64,000 bases of DNA from Candidatus Fermentibacteraceae bacterium (GTDB lineage Bacteria; Fermentibacterota; Fermentibacteria; Fermentibacterales; JCC-6), in the NCBI GenBank assembly GCA_027067855.1, contig JAMOUX010000025.1:11228-75227 (forward strand). The letters are read 5' to 3'. The notes under the pieces were generated by a model. That model saw only the letters and a program-made list of their open reading frames with translations. It searched no databases and was not told the DNA's origin. Of the stretch, positions 1 through 10,180 are shown in pieces; the first letter of the stretch is position 1; each line of letters starts with the position of its first letter. The translations under genes and the position numbers were made by a program.

Positions 1-1
1 A

Positions 2-604
2 ATAGTCGGCGACGGCAGGCAAACCGAGGCATCGGCCAGGGAACTCCTGGAAAGCGGGGTCGGGGCACGGAAAATACTGGAAGAAGGGCTTGCCCCGGCG
101 ATGAAAGAAGTGGAACGGCTGTACGTCGCCGGGAAACTCTTCCTTCCGCACCTCATAGCCGCGGCGGAATCCGCGAAGATACTTATCAGGCTCCTTTCTC
201 CCCATATGGCCGAAGCGGAAAACACGCCATCCCGGGGCAAAGTGCTGCTGGCCTCGGTCAAGGGAGACGTTCACGACATAGGCAGGAACCTCGTGGGCCT
301 GTTCCTGGAAAACGCCGGCTTCCGGGTGGTGGACCTGGGCATGGATGTGCCCGCGGAAAAGATAGTGGAAGGTGCCATGCGAGAGAAAGCCGACATAGTA
401 GCCCTCTCGGCTCTCATGAGTACTACCGTTCCGGAGATGGAAAAAGTGATAAGTCTACTGAAGAGCAACGGCGTTAAAGCCGGGATCCTGTTGGGTGGCG
501 CGGTTCTCACGGCCGATTACGCCGATTCCATAGGCGCGGACGGCTATGCATCCAATGCCTGCGAGGCGGTGAAAGCGGCCGAAAAGCTCATGGAGGGCGA
601 CTGA
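2..604 (+). CDS. Cobalamin (B12)-binding corrinoid protein, 5' end truncated by the window edge
   Basis: Frame is open back to nt 2 (IVGDGRQTEASARELLESGVGARKILEEGLAP = B12-binding cap helix). DxHxxG motif (DVHDIGRNLV) and Rossmann-like B12-binding domain resemble MtaC/MtbC/MetH B12 domains. Confidence 0.7.
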   Translation: MVGDGRQTEASARELLESGVGARKILEEGLAPAMKEVERLYVAGKLFLPHLIAAAESAKILIRLLSPHMAEAENTPSRGKVLLASVKGDVHDIGRNLVGLFLENAGFRVVDLGMDVPAEKIVEGAMREKADIVALSALMSTTVPEMEKVISLLKSNGVKAGILLGGAVLTADYADSIGADGYASNACEAVKAAEKLMEGD

Positions 605-610
605 ACGGAA

Positions 611-970
611 TCAACCGCCCGGTGCCTCGGCCACGATGATTTTCGCGGTATTCCCCCAGTCGTTCTGGAAATGATGCCGTTCGTGGGGTCTTATGATGAC
701 CACATCTCCTTCTTCCACCACGTGCATGGCGCCGTCCCCGTCCATGAACAGCAGTCGCCCCAGTATCACCGTCACCACCCTCAGGAAATCGTATTCCCTT
801 CTCGGGAGCCTTCCGGAGGGCTTCACGGTGAGCATCCTCACCGTTAGGACACCGCAACCCTGGGCCTCACCGGCCAGTATCCTGGAAATCACTCCCCTGT
901 AACCTGTCCCGGTCTTCCTTTCGGCTCTTATCTCCCCCGATTTTCTCACCAGCGCCATGCCCACCTCCAA
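611..970 (-). CDS. Cupin-fold protein with a non-canonical metal-site motif
   Basis: 119 aa. C-terminal GDVVIIRPHERHHFQN fits cupin motif 2; motif 1 has Arg in place of the usual His pair. Convergent with the B12-binding gene. Confidence 0.45.
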   Translation of the reverse strand: MEVGMALVRKSGEIRAERKTGTGYRGVISRILAGEAQGCGVLTVRMLTVKPSGRLPRREYDFLRVVTVILGRLLFMDGDGAMHVVEEGDVVIIRPHERHHFQNDWGNTAKIIVAEAPGG

Positions 971-1102
971 GGCCGCGTTCGCCTTCCGCGGTGCTTCGTC
1001 CCTTCCTTCTCTTTACAAGGGAAGCTTCACGGAAGTATATTGAAAAGCGTAAAGGCTTCGAAACCACCCGGTGAGTAATACATATAATCGGAAGGAGACG
1101 AG

Positions 1103-3046
1103 ATGAAGTTTTCGGTTCTTGCACTGCTCTCTGTGGTCCTGGTACTGCAGGCATCCGACCTCTCCATTATGGAGTCGTCGACGGAGGGCGTAGTGTTTCA
1201 TATGACTGCCGCCCAGCCAAGGTTTACCAACACATCTCTACGGGGAGACCGGTTTTCCTCGGTCCACGTGGCTGGTGCCGATAACCTGAGCGAGTTTTCA
1301 ATGCCCAGAGTACCGGTTCTCCGGGCCTGGATAGAAATTCCCGCCGGCGCCGAGGTCGTTCCGGAAATATCCGAGAAAGCGATCACCGAAATAGACGGCC
1401 CCATGTGGCCGATAGAGCCCGGCATAATGTCCGCTTCCAAGAACGAACCCCGCGATGCCTTCACCATGGAATTGGACCCCGAGGTATACCAGAACGGAAA
1501 GGTTTTCCCCGACAGCCGGGTAAGAATCATCTACGCCGGCACCATGAGAGGCCGCAATCTTGCCCTGGTGGAAGTATTCCCCATGCGCTGGGATCCTTCC
1601 AAGAACAAGTGCACCTTCATGAGCGAAGCGACGATATCCCTGACCTTCCGGGGCGGCGACCTCGCCAAGACATACGAGGACGTCCGGCACTACTACGCCC
1701 CTCACTTCGAACGGATGCTCAGCGCCATGACGGCCAACTACGGCACTTTCGAAAACGGAGTGGACACTCCTCCTTCCCCTTACCTCATAGTGGGACATAA
1801 GGATTTCGTGTCCAGCGCCTTGAACGACTTCGTCTCCTGGAAGGAAGACCAGGGGTTCAAAATGACGATGGTTGATCTGGATAGCACGGGAAGCACGGTT
1901 TCCGATATCCAGTCGTACATACGGAACGCCATCGAAAACTGGGACGATCCGCCCGAATTCGTTCTTCTCGTCGGGGATGTGGATTACCTTCCCGGGAATA
2001 CCGCCACGAAATATGACGGCGTCACCGATCTTTATTACGTCACCGTCGGCAGCGACGACTACTTCCCTGACGCTTATATCGGCAGGTTCTCCGTGACTTC
2101 GGCGGAACAAGCCCAGCGCATGGCGGACAGAGTGGTCAACTACGAGCGGGACGTAACCGGATCGACCTCGTGGGTACAGCATACATGCTGGATAGCCAGC
2201 GAAGACAACAACAACATCACGGAGGGTACCCACAACTATTGCATCACGGAATACGTCGACCCCAAGGGTTACAAGTACGTCAAGGTCTATCCCAAGAGCG
2301 GAGGCAAACCCTCGGATGTGATAACTTCGGTCAACAACGGAGTCTCCATGCTCACCTTCTCGGGTCACGGTTCGCAGACCTACTGGCAGGATATGCAATT
2401 CAAGTCCTCGGATTTCAACCAGCTGAAAAACGTCGGCAAGTTCCCCGGCGTACTCTCCCACGCCTGTCTCACCGGTGACTTCGCCACCTCGACCGCCTGG
2501 TGCGAAACCTGGACCAGGACCGAAGGCAAGGGCGGGCTCTGGTTCTGGGGTTCGGTACCCTCATCCTACTGGGACGAGGACGATATCCAGCAGAAAGCCG
2601 AATACGAGTACTTCCTGGATAAATCCATCAACTGGCCCATGGGCTTCCTCAACCCCGGGAAGCGTGCCGTCTACGACCATTACAGCGGAGGCGGTCGTTC
2701 GAAGTACTACTACGAAGGATACAACCTTATGGGAGATCCTTCCGTCGCCATGGCCATATGGGGAAGCACGGCGATAGACAGAGAGACCCGGACAGTCTCC
2801 CCGGGAAACATCACCGTGAACAACCCTGCTATGGGAGCCACCCTGGTGACCCTGAACGGTGACGGACCGGCAGAACTCAGCGTCTTCGACATAACCGGCC
2901 GACTGGTCGAGGTTCCCTTCAGGGGCGACCTCCGCGGCAAGCGTATTATGACCTGGGACACCAGCGACCTTGTTCCCGGTATGTACTTCCTGCGCCTGGA
3001 AAACGGCGGGGAAGCGTATACCACCAAGGTCATGGTGATAAACTAG
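1103..3046 (+). CDS. Secreted gingipain-like cysteine peptidase (family C25, clan CD) with a T9SS/Por C-terminal sorting domain
   Basis: N-terminal signal peptide. Propeptide-like region. Catalytic His (FSGHGSQ) and Cys (LSHACLTGDF) are about 33 residues apart, as in RgpB. C-terminal ~80 aa beta-sandwich ending MYFLRLENGGEAYTTKVMVIN is typical of T9SS CTDs. RBS GGAAGGAG precedes the ATG. Confidence 0.75.
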   Translation: MKFSVLALLSVVLVLQASDLSIMESSTEGVVFHMTAAQPRFTNTSLRGDRFSSVHVAGADNLSEFSMPRVPVLRAWIEIPAGAEVVPEISEKAITEIDGPMWPIEPGIMSASKNEPRDAFTMELDPEVYQNGKVFPDSRVRIIYAGTMRGRNLALVEVFPMRWDPSKNKCTFMSEATISLTFRGGDLAKTYEDVRHYYAPHFERMLSAMTANYGTFENGVDTPPSPYLIVGHKDFVSSALNDFVSWKEDQGFKMTMVDLDSTGSTVSDIQSYIRNAIENWDDPPEFVLLVGDVDYLPGNTATKYDGVTDLYYVTVGSDDYFPDAYIGRFSVTSAEQAQRMADRVVNYERDVTGSTSWVQHTCWIASEDNNNITEGTHNYCITEYVDPKGYKYVKVYPKSGGKPSDVITSVNNGVSMLTFSGHGSQTYWQDMQFKSSDFNQLKNVGKFPGVLSHACLTGDFATSTAWCETWTRTEGKGGLWFWGSVPSSYWDEDDIQQKAEYEYFLDKSINWPMGFLNPGKRAVYDHYSGGGRSKYYYEGYNLMGDPSVAMAIWGSTAIDRETRTVSPGNITVNNPAMGATLVTLNGDGPAELSVFDITGRLVEVPFRGDLRGKRIMTWDTSDLVPGMYFLRLENGGEAYTTKVMVIN

Positions 3047-3064
3047 GCCGGAAAACCATATAAG

Positions 3065-3100
3065 AGGGCGGGAGGCATAGCCTCCCGCCTTTCTTTTTTT
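3065..3100 (+). terminator. Rho-independent terminator hairpin after the C25 peptidase gene, lying between it and the convergent addA
   Basis: AGGGCGGGAGG-cata-CCTCCCGCCT followed by TTTCTTTTTTT on the plus strand. On the minus strand the stem is followed by a weaker U-rich stretch. Confidence 0.7.
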
Positions 3101-3118
3101 GCGGTACGGTTTTCGGGA

Positions 3119-6100
3119 TCAGGACGAATCGGGGGACACTTCCAGGAACCTGGAATGCCTGAGAAAAACCAGGTAACCCCGTACCGGCTTCCCGAAGGCG
3201 GCAGCCATGTCGCGAACGTAAAACTCCATGGTTTTTCCGTAATCCCGGACCACCGCTTCCGACCCCGGCTTATCCAGGACATCCGTTTTGTAATCCACGA
3301 CCGCCATTTCCTCCTCCGGGGTTTCCAGGAGCAGGTCTATGTACCTTTGCTTGAATCCGCCGGGAACCCTGGCCATGTACGGATATTCTCTGCCCGCCAC
3401 CCTGCACCTGCGGGGATCGAAGGGCAGGTTCATCCCGAAGAAATTCAAGCAAAGCCGGGTAACCTCGCTGAAATCGTCTCCGCAAAATCTTTCGAGGTCG
3501 ACGCGGTTCGCCCGGATCCATTCTTCCGGGTTCTTCATGTCCAGTTTTTCCATCACCCGGTGCACCATGTCCCCCAGGGCGGCTCCCCTGCCCCGCCATC
3601 CGTCGGGAATAGGTTCCACCGGGAAGAATTCCCCACCGGAAGTTCCGGCGTTCGAAACCGAACCGGGAAACCCAACCGGTTCAATGAGGGATCGGAGCTT
3701 CGGGCCTGTGCCTTCTTCCACTTGCAGGGTGGTCCTGGAAAAGCAGCCCGGATCGTCTTTCTCAGCCGCCTCCAGGCATTTCCACAGAATCGACGCACCA
3801 TCGCCACCCTTTCTTCCCGCGGGTCCGGCCAGGATCGTCAGGGTTTCTTTCGCCCTGGTCACGGCAACGTACAGGAGCCGCCTGACCTCCGCCACCCTTC
3901 TTGCCTTACCGACACATTCTATCCTGGACCAATAGGGCGATCTGACCCTGGTTCTTCCATTCACCGTCATGCCAAGGTCCACCGCCGCGATCCTCTCGTG
4001 ATCATAGAATATCACGGGACCCCTTCGCCTTCCCTCCCCGCTTCCGCCCGGCATGGCCGCCAGCACTACGTGCTTCCAGGCCAGCCCCTTGGCGGAATGA
4101 ATACTGGAAAGAGTCACCGCTCCTCCTTCCGCGGGAACCCGGGGTGGTTCCTCGGGTCTCCCGGGAGACAGGTTCTCGTCCAATACCTCCAGGAGACCGG
4201 CGGTGGTCGTAATCTCCCGGGACATCACCTGCTCCAGGATATGCTGCAGGTTTCCCAGTCGCCTGCTCACCTGGAATCCCGATGAACAGAGAACGGCAAG
4301 CATGGGGGTTTGCATGAGCAGTTCAAACAGGAAATCGGCCAGGGGCATCGAGCGCAGGGCGCTCCTCAGAACTTCGAGGGTTTCCATGGCATTCCGTACC
4401 CCGGACTTCACTTCGTTCCGCATGATGTACCCGGTGATCTCCACGTCGTTCAAACCGAAGAACGGTGATCTCAGAGTGTGAACCAGGGACACATCATCCC
4501 CCGGGTCCGCCAGGCACTTCAACAATCTGTGAAGGTCGATAATTTCAAGCCTCTTCAGAAAATCCTTCGACGTACTCACGGTATACGGTATCCCCGCCTT
4601 CTCCAGGGCATCGACAAACCGACGCAGATGTGTGCCGGACTTGTAAAGCAGTGCGTAATCTCCCGGAGATTCCCCGGCCTCGATCCCTTTTCCTACGAAC
4701 CCGGCGAACCAGTCTCCCTGGAGCTTCGCCAACTCCGCCGCGCCGGGGCGTCCCTCCTTCGCGTCCCCGCCGGGCAATACCAGCACCCCGACCGGTTTCC
4801 CCTCCACTGCGCCGGGGGCGGGTTTTATGGGAGAATATTCGCAGGAAAAAGGTTCCTCCTCCCTGCTGCGGGAAGAAAACAGTTTCTCCCCGAAAGAATT
4901 GACGAACCTTACTATAGACCGGGTACTGCGGAAGTTAGTGGAGATGTCCACCGACAAGGCGCCGCCTTTCTCCAGGTCGCGCCTGAACTTGTTGTAAGTC
5001 TCTATGTCGGCGCTTCTCCAGCCGTAGATGGACTGTTTGTCGTCACCTACTATGGTAACTCTGCCACGGGGAATCCTTCCGCCCTTTCCCAGAAATCCGA
5101 GAAATATCTCCGCCTGCTCCCTGCTGGTATCCTGGAACTCGTCGATCAACACGTGAGAAAACCTCTCCGAGAGTTCTCCGGCAAGTTTTTCCTCCTTCGC
5201 CAGCACTTCGTTCAACCGGAAAAGAAGGTCATCATAAGAAAGCCTGCTTCCGTCCGAATCCCACTTTTCCCGCAACTCCCGTGCGAAACTTCCGGCGAAT
5301 CTCCAGGTCGACTCAGTCCACTTGCCCGAGTAAATGATCCCGGACTCTTTCTCGAGGAAGTTCCTCACGTTCCTGAGAACTTCCCTGGCCGATACGGGGT
5401 CGGACCAGTTCTTAGCGGAACCGACACGCAGGTTGATTCCGCTTCCGGCCAGGGCGAGCAGGTCCGGGGGAGGAAGAGGCATCGCTCTTTCTATCTCCCG
5501 CAACCTCCCCAGCAGTTCCGCCGCCACTCCATACCGCTTATCCCTTTTATCGAGGCATTGCTCCATCATGTTTTCGACGTCGGCAATCACTTTCTCCAGG
5601 CGTCGGGCGAAAATCTCCTCCGCCTCACGGATTCCGCCGAAACATTCCCGGGATTCCAGCCACCTCTTCCCCTCCACCTGCATCGCCACTTTCTTCTGCA
5701 GGGCCGTACCGGTTCGCGCCAGCAGCTCCCTCTCTTCGCGGGACGGCTTCCTGTCCAGCAACCACCTGTCCCAGGAAATCTCCATCTCCAGCGGCGTGAA
5801 ATGAGATTCCGTCACAGCGAAGTCCGGATCCACTCCGGCAAGGTTGAAATACTCCCTGAGAACCCGGGAGGCGAAACCATGAATGGTGGAAATCCAGGCA
5901 AACGGGATTTGCGACAGCGCATTCCCGCATCTTTCGTCGTTCCCCGCCTCTTCCGTCAGCAATTTTCTGATCCTCAGTCTCAACTCCGCAGCGGCCGCCT
6001 CGGTAAAGGTCACTACCAGCAGGCTGTTCAAGGGCACGCCGCTCTTAACCAGGTTCACGACCCGCCGTACCATCAAGGTGGTCTTGCCGGTACCGGCTCC

Positions 6101-6187
6101 GGCATGGACGGAAACGTTCCTGCGGGTTTCGGCCAGCACCGCGCGCCTCGCCGCTTCGTCCGGCGGAAAGAACGGGTTCGTCTTCAT
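3119..6187 (-). CDS. addA: ATP-dependent helicase/nuclease subunit A (AddA/RexA-like, UvrD-family helicase with a C-terminal RecB-type nuclease)
   Basis: Walker A GAGTGKT near the N-terminus and UvrD-like helicase motifs. C-terminal PD-(D/E)XK nuclease with VVDYKTD motif. 4-nt overlap with the upstream addB stop. Confidence 0.85.
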   Translation of the reverse strand: MKTNPFFPPDEAARRAVLAETRRNVSVHAGAGTGKTTLMVRRVVNLVKSGVPLNSLLVVTFTEAAAAELRLRIRKLLTEEAGNDERCGNALSQIPFAWISTIHGFASRVLREYFNLAGVDPDFAVTESHFTPLEMEISWDRWLLDRKPSREERELLARTGTALQKKVAMQVEGKRWLESRECFGGIREAEEIFARRLEKVIADVENMMEQCLDKRDKRYGVAAELLGRLREIERAMPLPPPDLLALAGSGINLRVGSAKNWSDPVSAREVLRNVRNFLEKESGIIYSGKWTESTWRFAGSFARELREKWDSDGSRLSYDDLLFRLNEVLAKEEKLAGELSERFSHVLIDEFQDTSREQAEIFLGFLGKGGRIPRGRVTIVGDDKQSIYGWRSADIETYNKFRRDLEKGGALSVDISTNFRSTRSIVRFVNSFGEKLFSSRSREEEPFSCEYSPIKPAPGAVEGKPVGVLVLPGGDAKEGRPGAAELAKLQGDWFAGFVGKGIEAGESPGDYALLYKSGTHLRRFVDALEKAGIPYTVSTSKDFLKRLEIIDLHRLLKCLADPGDDVSLVHTLRSPFFGLNDVEITGYIMRNEVKSGVRNAMETLEVLRSALRSMPLADFLFELLMQTPMLAVLCSSGFQVSRRLGNLQHILEQVMSREITTTAGLLEVLDENLSPGRPEEPPRVPAEGGAVTLSSIHSAKGLAWKHVVLAAMPGGSGEGRRRGPVIFYDHERIAAVDLGMTVNGRTRVRSPYWSRIECVGKARRVAEVRRLLYVAVTRAKETLTILAGPAGRKGGDGASILWKCLEAAEKDDPGCFSRTTLQVEEGTGPKLRSLIEPVGFPGSVSNAGTSGGEFFPVEPIPDGWRGRGAALGDMVHRVMEKLDMKNPEEWIRANRVDLERFCGDDFSEVTRLCLNFFGMNLPFDPRRCRVAGREYPYMARVPGGFKQRYIDLLLETPEEEMAVVDYKTDVLDKPGSEAVVRDYGKTMEFYVRDMAAAFGKPVRGYLVFLRHSRFLEVSPDSS

Positions 6188-9033
6188 TTAACCTTCAATC
6201 TCTCCCTGAAGAATCCCATGCGTTCATCAACGCCCACCTTGGCCGCCAGCCTGGTGTCCGGCGTTTTCCTGCAAAGATCCTTGAACGCGCAATGCCCGCA
6301 ATCCGTCGTGGGGACGGGAGGGAACAAACCCTCGCGCATCATCCCCACCAGGGTTTCCACGTTCATCCTGACCGTGTCCTTCATGGATTCGATATCCCTG
6401 CCGCCGAACTCCATGAGTTTTCCCGGGTCCCTGCGTGAGATCGAAACGTAGGCCACCGAAGCCACTTCCCTTTCGGGAAAATTGTTTCGCGCCAGCAGGT
6501 AGTAGAAAGGCAGCTGGTATTTCAAACCCCCGGTCACGCTTTTCCGCAACGGCAGGATACCGGTTTTCAGATCCAGAAGGATCAACCCGGAATCGGAGTC
6601 CTCCAGAACCAGGTCTATTCTCCCGTGAATCTTCGTACCGGCCAATTCGCCGTGCAGGTCGACTTCGGCCCCGAAGAACCTCCAGTTCCTGTCGGCCAGT
6701 GTGTCGAGGCTGTTCAATATCGTCTCGCTCTCCCTTTCAACAAATATTTCCACGAGGTACCTCGAACCCAGGGACTCTTCCAGTCTATGGGCCTTCGCCG
6801 CCGATTCCATCCTTTCCTTCACCACCGCTCCGCCGGGACGGAACCCGTGATGCTCCACCAGCCATTCCACCACCTCGTGCATGAGTCTTCCCCTGGTGAA
6901 AGGATCGGGTTCGCTCCCGGTCTCGCCCCTGATTCGTCTGCCGGGAACCCAGCATCTGGCTGCAAGAAAAGCGAAGGGACAGGCGGCATATTCCTCCAGC
7001 ATGGTCGGGGAAATCTCGTCCAGGGGAACGGGACAATATCCCAATATGCCGTCGAACTCGTCGAACGGACGACCATGATCCATTCTGGCGGCTTCACCCC
7101 CGGCCGCACCTTCCGACAGGGGATCACTCCCGGAAAGTTTTCCGGACAGGGCTTCCATCGCGGTTCTCTGCCCCGGATGGGTCCCTCCGAGAAGCTGTAC
7201 CACGGGAGAGGAGGTCTGCCGGGAGAACTCCGGGCCGTCCTCACCCATGCGATCCAGCAGCGGCACCAGGAACGGGGAAGGGGCCGTTTCGCTCCCCGAG
7301 GCGGACCTGCCCGTGTAAACGAGGACCATACGCTTCCCAGCCGCCTCGCCGGCCTGCCTGAGCAGCAGCAGTTCCTCCTTTTCCTTCATTGAAACCGGAG
7401 AGAGTTGCAGCATCTTCCTCAACTCGTCCTCCAGCCTGGGATCCTCCGTACTTTTACCCGGAAACACTCCCTCCTCCAGGTCCATGAATATCACGGCATC
7501 GAAGAGATCTCCCCTGAGCCTTTCAGGAGAGAGCACCCGGAACCCGGAGGAATCCGCTTCCCTAAGGATCATCCCGACGGATTCCAGGTACGCCCGGTAT
7601 GCGGCCGCAAACCGCGTGAATGCCACCTTCTCTTCGTGCCTGAACGCCGACACGTCGAAAAGGACGTTCCACGTTACGGAATCGCGGTTCAGGGACGAAA
7701 TCCGGACAGCCAGATCTCCCAGTGCGGCCATGAAACCGGACGGGGAAGCGGGCTTCGATACTTTCTTCGTGAAATTTCCCATCTCCCGCACGAACCGGAC
7801 GAGCCCGGCGGAGCCATTTCCTTTTCCGCTCCATTCCAGCCACCTGTCCGGACCGTACCTGATGCCGGAGGAGGCCGACACGTTCAGGAGTTCCGTGGAA
7901 TTCACCGCCAGGTCCCCCGCCAATATTCCGTGGGAAAGCACCTTCTCCATCAATCCGACATGCATACCGCCCGTCACGGCTTTCAGCACGTCGGCCACGA
8001 ACCCCGCAACCGGGAGATCCGCAAGCCTCGAACGAAGAGGTTCGTTCACCGGGAGGCCTTCATGCACCGCCATTCTTACCAAGCTTCCCCCGTCCGCCTT
8101 TCGTCTCACCACGGCTACCCGTTCGAAGGGGATGCCCTCGCCGTGAAGGTCTTGCACCGTTTTCAGGACCGCCCTGCACGCACCCGTCTCTCCGGCGGCG
8201 GAAATTATGGAGAGACCCCGCGGAACGGCGGTGACTCCTCCGGACACGCCCATCTCTTCGAAAACGATGCCGAAATCGTTCATGGCAACAGCTCCGTCCG
8301 AACGCACCACGGTGGAGAAACCCATCTCTTCCAGGAAGCTCCTGGTGCGCCCATAGATTTCCCGCCACGCAGAGCCGTCCGAAACCGGGCTGAACCAATA
8401 CACTTTCATTCCCCGGGCGAGGAGCTTTCTGAGAAAACGTCTCTGGCCGGGGTTGAGATCGTAGAAACCGTAGAATATCATTGTTTCCGGAGGTATCCCG
8501 GATACGGAATCGAGTATCATGTCGGAACAGTTGGAGTAACGGCGTGACCTGGTCTCGCCGTATGAAGCGAACAGCCCGCCCACCGTTGCCTCCGTCACCG
8601 TGGGGTCCCGAGGCAGGGACATGGTCACCTGCCGGTACATTTCCGGGGTGACACCATAGTCGAAAAGTCTTTCGAAGAACGTTCCGAGGGAAAGGGCGGT
8701 ATCGGGATTATCTTTCAGAGGATGGAAAGGCAGACCTTCGGGCAGGGACGACATCGCCCGGAGAGTGAACAGTATCCTGTCACCCGCACTCACCGTTTCC
8801 ACGGAAACCGGAACCCGGGCCAGCTTGCAGGCGAGGTGTGCGAAACCCGGGAAGAAGTCAATGCCGGCGACCACCGACCGTCCGGTGGATTCGAGAAAAA
8901 GTTCCCTGAGACGTCGCAACGGCCCCGCCCCCGATGCCGTCACCCATATTCCCCCGCCATCGGGCAGCCCGGCCACCAGTTTCCGGAAATCCTCTTCCAG
9001 TGCCCTGTAATGCCCCTCGTACAGGATCTTCAT
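6184..9033 (-). CDS. addB: Helicase/nuclease subunit B (AddB-like) with a C-terminal Fe-S nuclease domain
   Basis: 949 aa. The C-terminus has the AddB four-Cys cluster (CPFAFLAARCW ... TDCGHCAFKDLCRK) and a PD-(D/E)XK nuclease. The N-terminal helicase-like domain has a degenerate Walker A (TASGAGP). addB is translationally coupled to addA in the usual addB-addA order. Confidence 0.8.
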   Translation of the reverse strand: MKILYEGHYRALEEDFRKLVAGLPDGGGIWVTASGAGPLRRLRELFLESTGRSVVAGIDFFPGFAHLACKLARVPVSVETVSAGDRILFTLRAMSSLPEGLPFHPLKDNPDTALSLGTFFERLFDYGVTPEMYRQVTMSLPRDPTVTEATVGGLFASYGETRSRRYSNCSDMILDSVSGIPPETMIFYGFYDLNPGQRRFLRKLLARGMKVYWFSPVSDGSAWREIYGRTRSFLEEMGFSTVVRSDGAVAMNDFGIVFEEMGVSGGVTAVPRGLSIISAAGETGACRAVLKTVQDLHGEGIPFERVAVVRRKADGGSLVRMAVHEGLPVNEPLRSRLADLPVAGFVADVLKAVTGGMHVGLMEKVLSHGILAGDLAVNSTELLNVSASSGIRYGPDRWLEWSGKGNGSAGLVRFVREMGNFTKKVSKPASPSGFMAALGDLAVRISSLNRDSVTWNVLFDVSAFRHEEKVAFTRFAAAYRAYLESVGMILREADSSGFRVLSPERLRGDLFDAVIFMDLEEGVFPGKSTEDPRLEDELRKMLQLSPVSMKEKEELLLLRQAGEAAGKRMVLVYTGRSASGSETAPSPFLVPLLDRMGEDGPEFSRQTSSPVVQLLGGTHPGQRTAMEALSGKLSGSDPLSEGAAGGEAARMDHGRPFDEFDGILGYCPVPLDEISPTMLEEYAACPFAFLAARCWVPGRRIRGETGSEPDPFTRGRLMHEVVEWLVEHHGFRPGGAVVKERMESAAKAHRLEESLGSRYLVEIFVERESETILNSLDTLADRNWRFFGAEVDLHGELAGTKIHGRIDLVLEDSDSGLILLDLKTGILPLRKSVTGGLKYQLPFYYLLARNNFPEREVASVAYVSISRRDPGKLMEFGGRDIESMKDTVRMNVETLVGMMREGLFPPVPTTDCGHCAFKDLCRKTPDTRLAAKVGVDERMGFFRERLKVK

Positions 9034-9061
9034 GGCCGTGTTCCCTCTCCGCTTCCCCGAA

Positions 9062-10180
9062 TCACCTTATGAGGAACAGGGTGAACCGGGCGACCGGTTC
9101 ATCGCCGGGGGCTTCACGCAGCATTCCGGTAACGCAGCCCTTCTCCAACACATCCAGTAAATCCGTGGCCAAGTGGCCGCTGGGACCATTGGGCAAGCCC
9201 TCGAAACCGAAAAAGATTACCGAATCCTCCCCGGGTCCGGTGAAAGCATAGAGCGGACCGCCGCCGTCACAGGGGTACACACCGCACATGTACAGTTCAT
9301 CATAACCCGTCTCCAGCACCAGGTCGCCCTTGGAATTCACCACGAAACGCGGTGACTCGCCCATACCCAGCTCGCCGGGACGGGCTCCCTCGATACTGAT
9401 GCCGATGGAAAGGGGGGACGGCGGAATGGAACCCATAATGTACTCTACCAGGCCCCTGAGGTTTCCAATCAGGGGTGAAGTGGGAAACAGCCTGCATGAA
9501 TATACGTTCCCGTCGGCTTCCATTATTCTTCCGCTCATCCGCAGGCGCTTCCCGGCACGGGTGGTGAGATCCAACCTCACCGGAGGTTCCCCGGGACGGG
9601 CCGATTCCCCCATATCCAGCATCCACCCTTCCAGTACCAGGCCGTCCAGGTATTCTTCCCCGGATTCCGTCACCCAATGCCTTTCCGTTCTCCCGGCGAC
9701 CATTTCGATGATTTCGCCGCCGCCCGCCGTCCAGATCGTTATTTTCACTTCCCTGGGGGGAAGAAATCCGTCCTTCAGAAGACCGATAAGCTCCGAAGAA
9801 CTGATCACGCGCGGAGTTACCCCGACGGAGACGGGGAAATCCAGAGTTTCCAGGGTCCAGTAACCCCGGCCGGGCACACCTACGATAAACGGAAAACCTT
9901 CCCCGTCCGCGATCAGCAGGACTCCCGGGAGGGATTCCATGGTGATTCGGCGAAACCCGTCCATTTCGAAACGAATGGTGTCACCCGGAACGTATTCCCC
10001 CCGGAAGGATTCCTTCACCACCGCCGACATCACCCCGGGAGCCGCCGCAAGGTCCGCCGTCACGATCCAGGACGACTCCTGCAGGAATTCTTCCAGTTCA
10101 ACCACGGTCGGGCCGGCGGAAACACCGGCGGCCAGCACGACGAGAATCGGACACCATGGGCGCACTCCCCTCAAATCCAT
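9062..10180 (-). CDS. Hypothetical secreted protein; the start is more likely the internal Met with a signal peptide than the ORF start at 10243
   Basis: ORF runs 9062..10243. MDLRGVRPWCPILVVLAAGVSAG looks like a signal peptide beginning at 10180. I recognise no family. It lies 28 nt upstream of addB on the same strand. Confidence 0.5.
   Translation of the reverse strand: MDLRGVRPWCPILVVLAAGVSAGPTVVELEEFLQESSWIVTADLAAAPGVMSAVVKESFRGEYVPGDTIRFEMDGFRRITMESLPGVLLIADGEGFPFIVGVPGRGYWTLETLDFPVSVGVTPRVISSSELIGLLKDGFLPPREVKITIWTAGGGEIIEMVAGRTERHWVTESGEEYLDGLVLEGWMLDMGESARPGEPPVRLDLTTRAGKRLRMSGRIMEADGNVYSCRLFPTSPLIGNLRGLVEYIMGSIPPSPLSIGISIEGARPGELGMGESPRFVVNSKGDLVLETGYDELYMCGVYPCDGGGPLYAFTGPGEDSVIFFGFEGLPNGPSGHLATDLLDVLEKGCVTGMLREAPGDEPVARFTLFLIR

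Noticed and set aside
4478-6451. Long ORFs antisense to well-supported genes (4478-6451 +, 7405-8547 +, 30564-32138 -, 34222-35934 +, 44506-46209 +, 45731-47419 +, 62510-63907 + and many shorter ones)
   Set aside because: Each overlaps a gene with strong family-level homology on the other strand. The translations are low-complexity (Arg/Gly/Pro/His-rich), as expected for stop-poor antisense frames in about 60% GC DNA. No RBS or start context.
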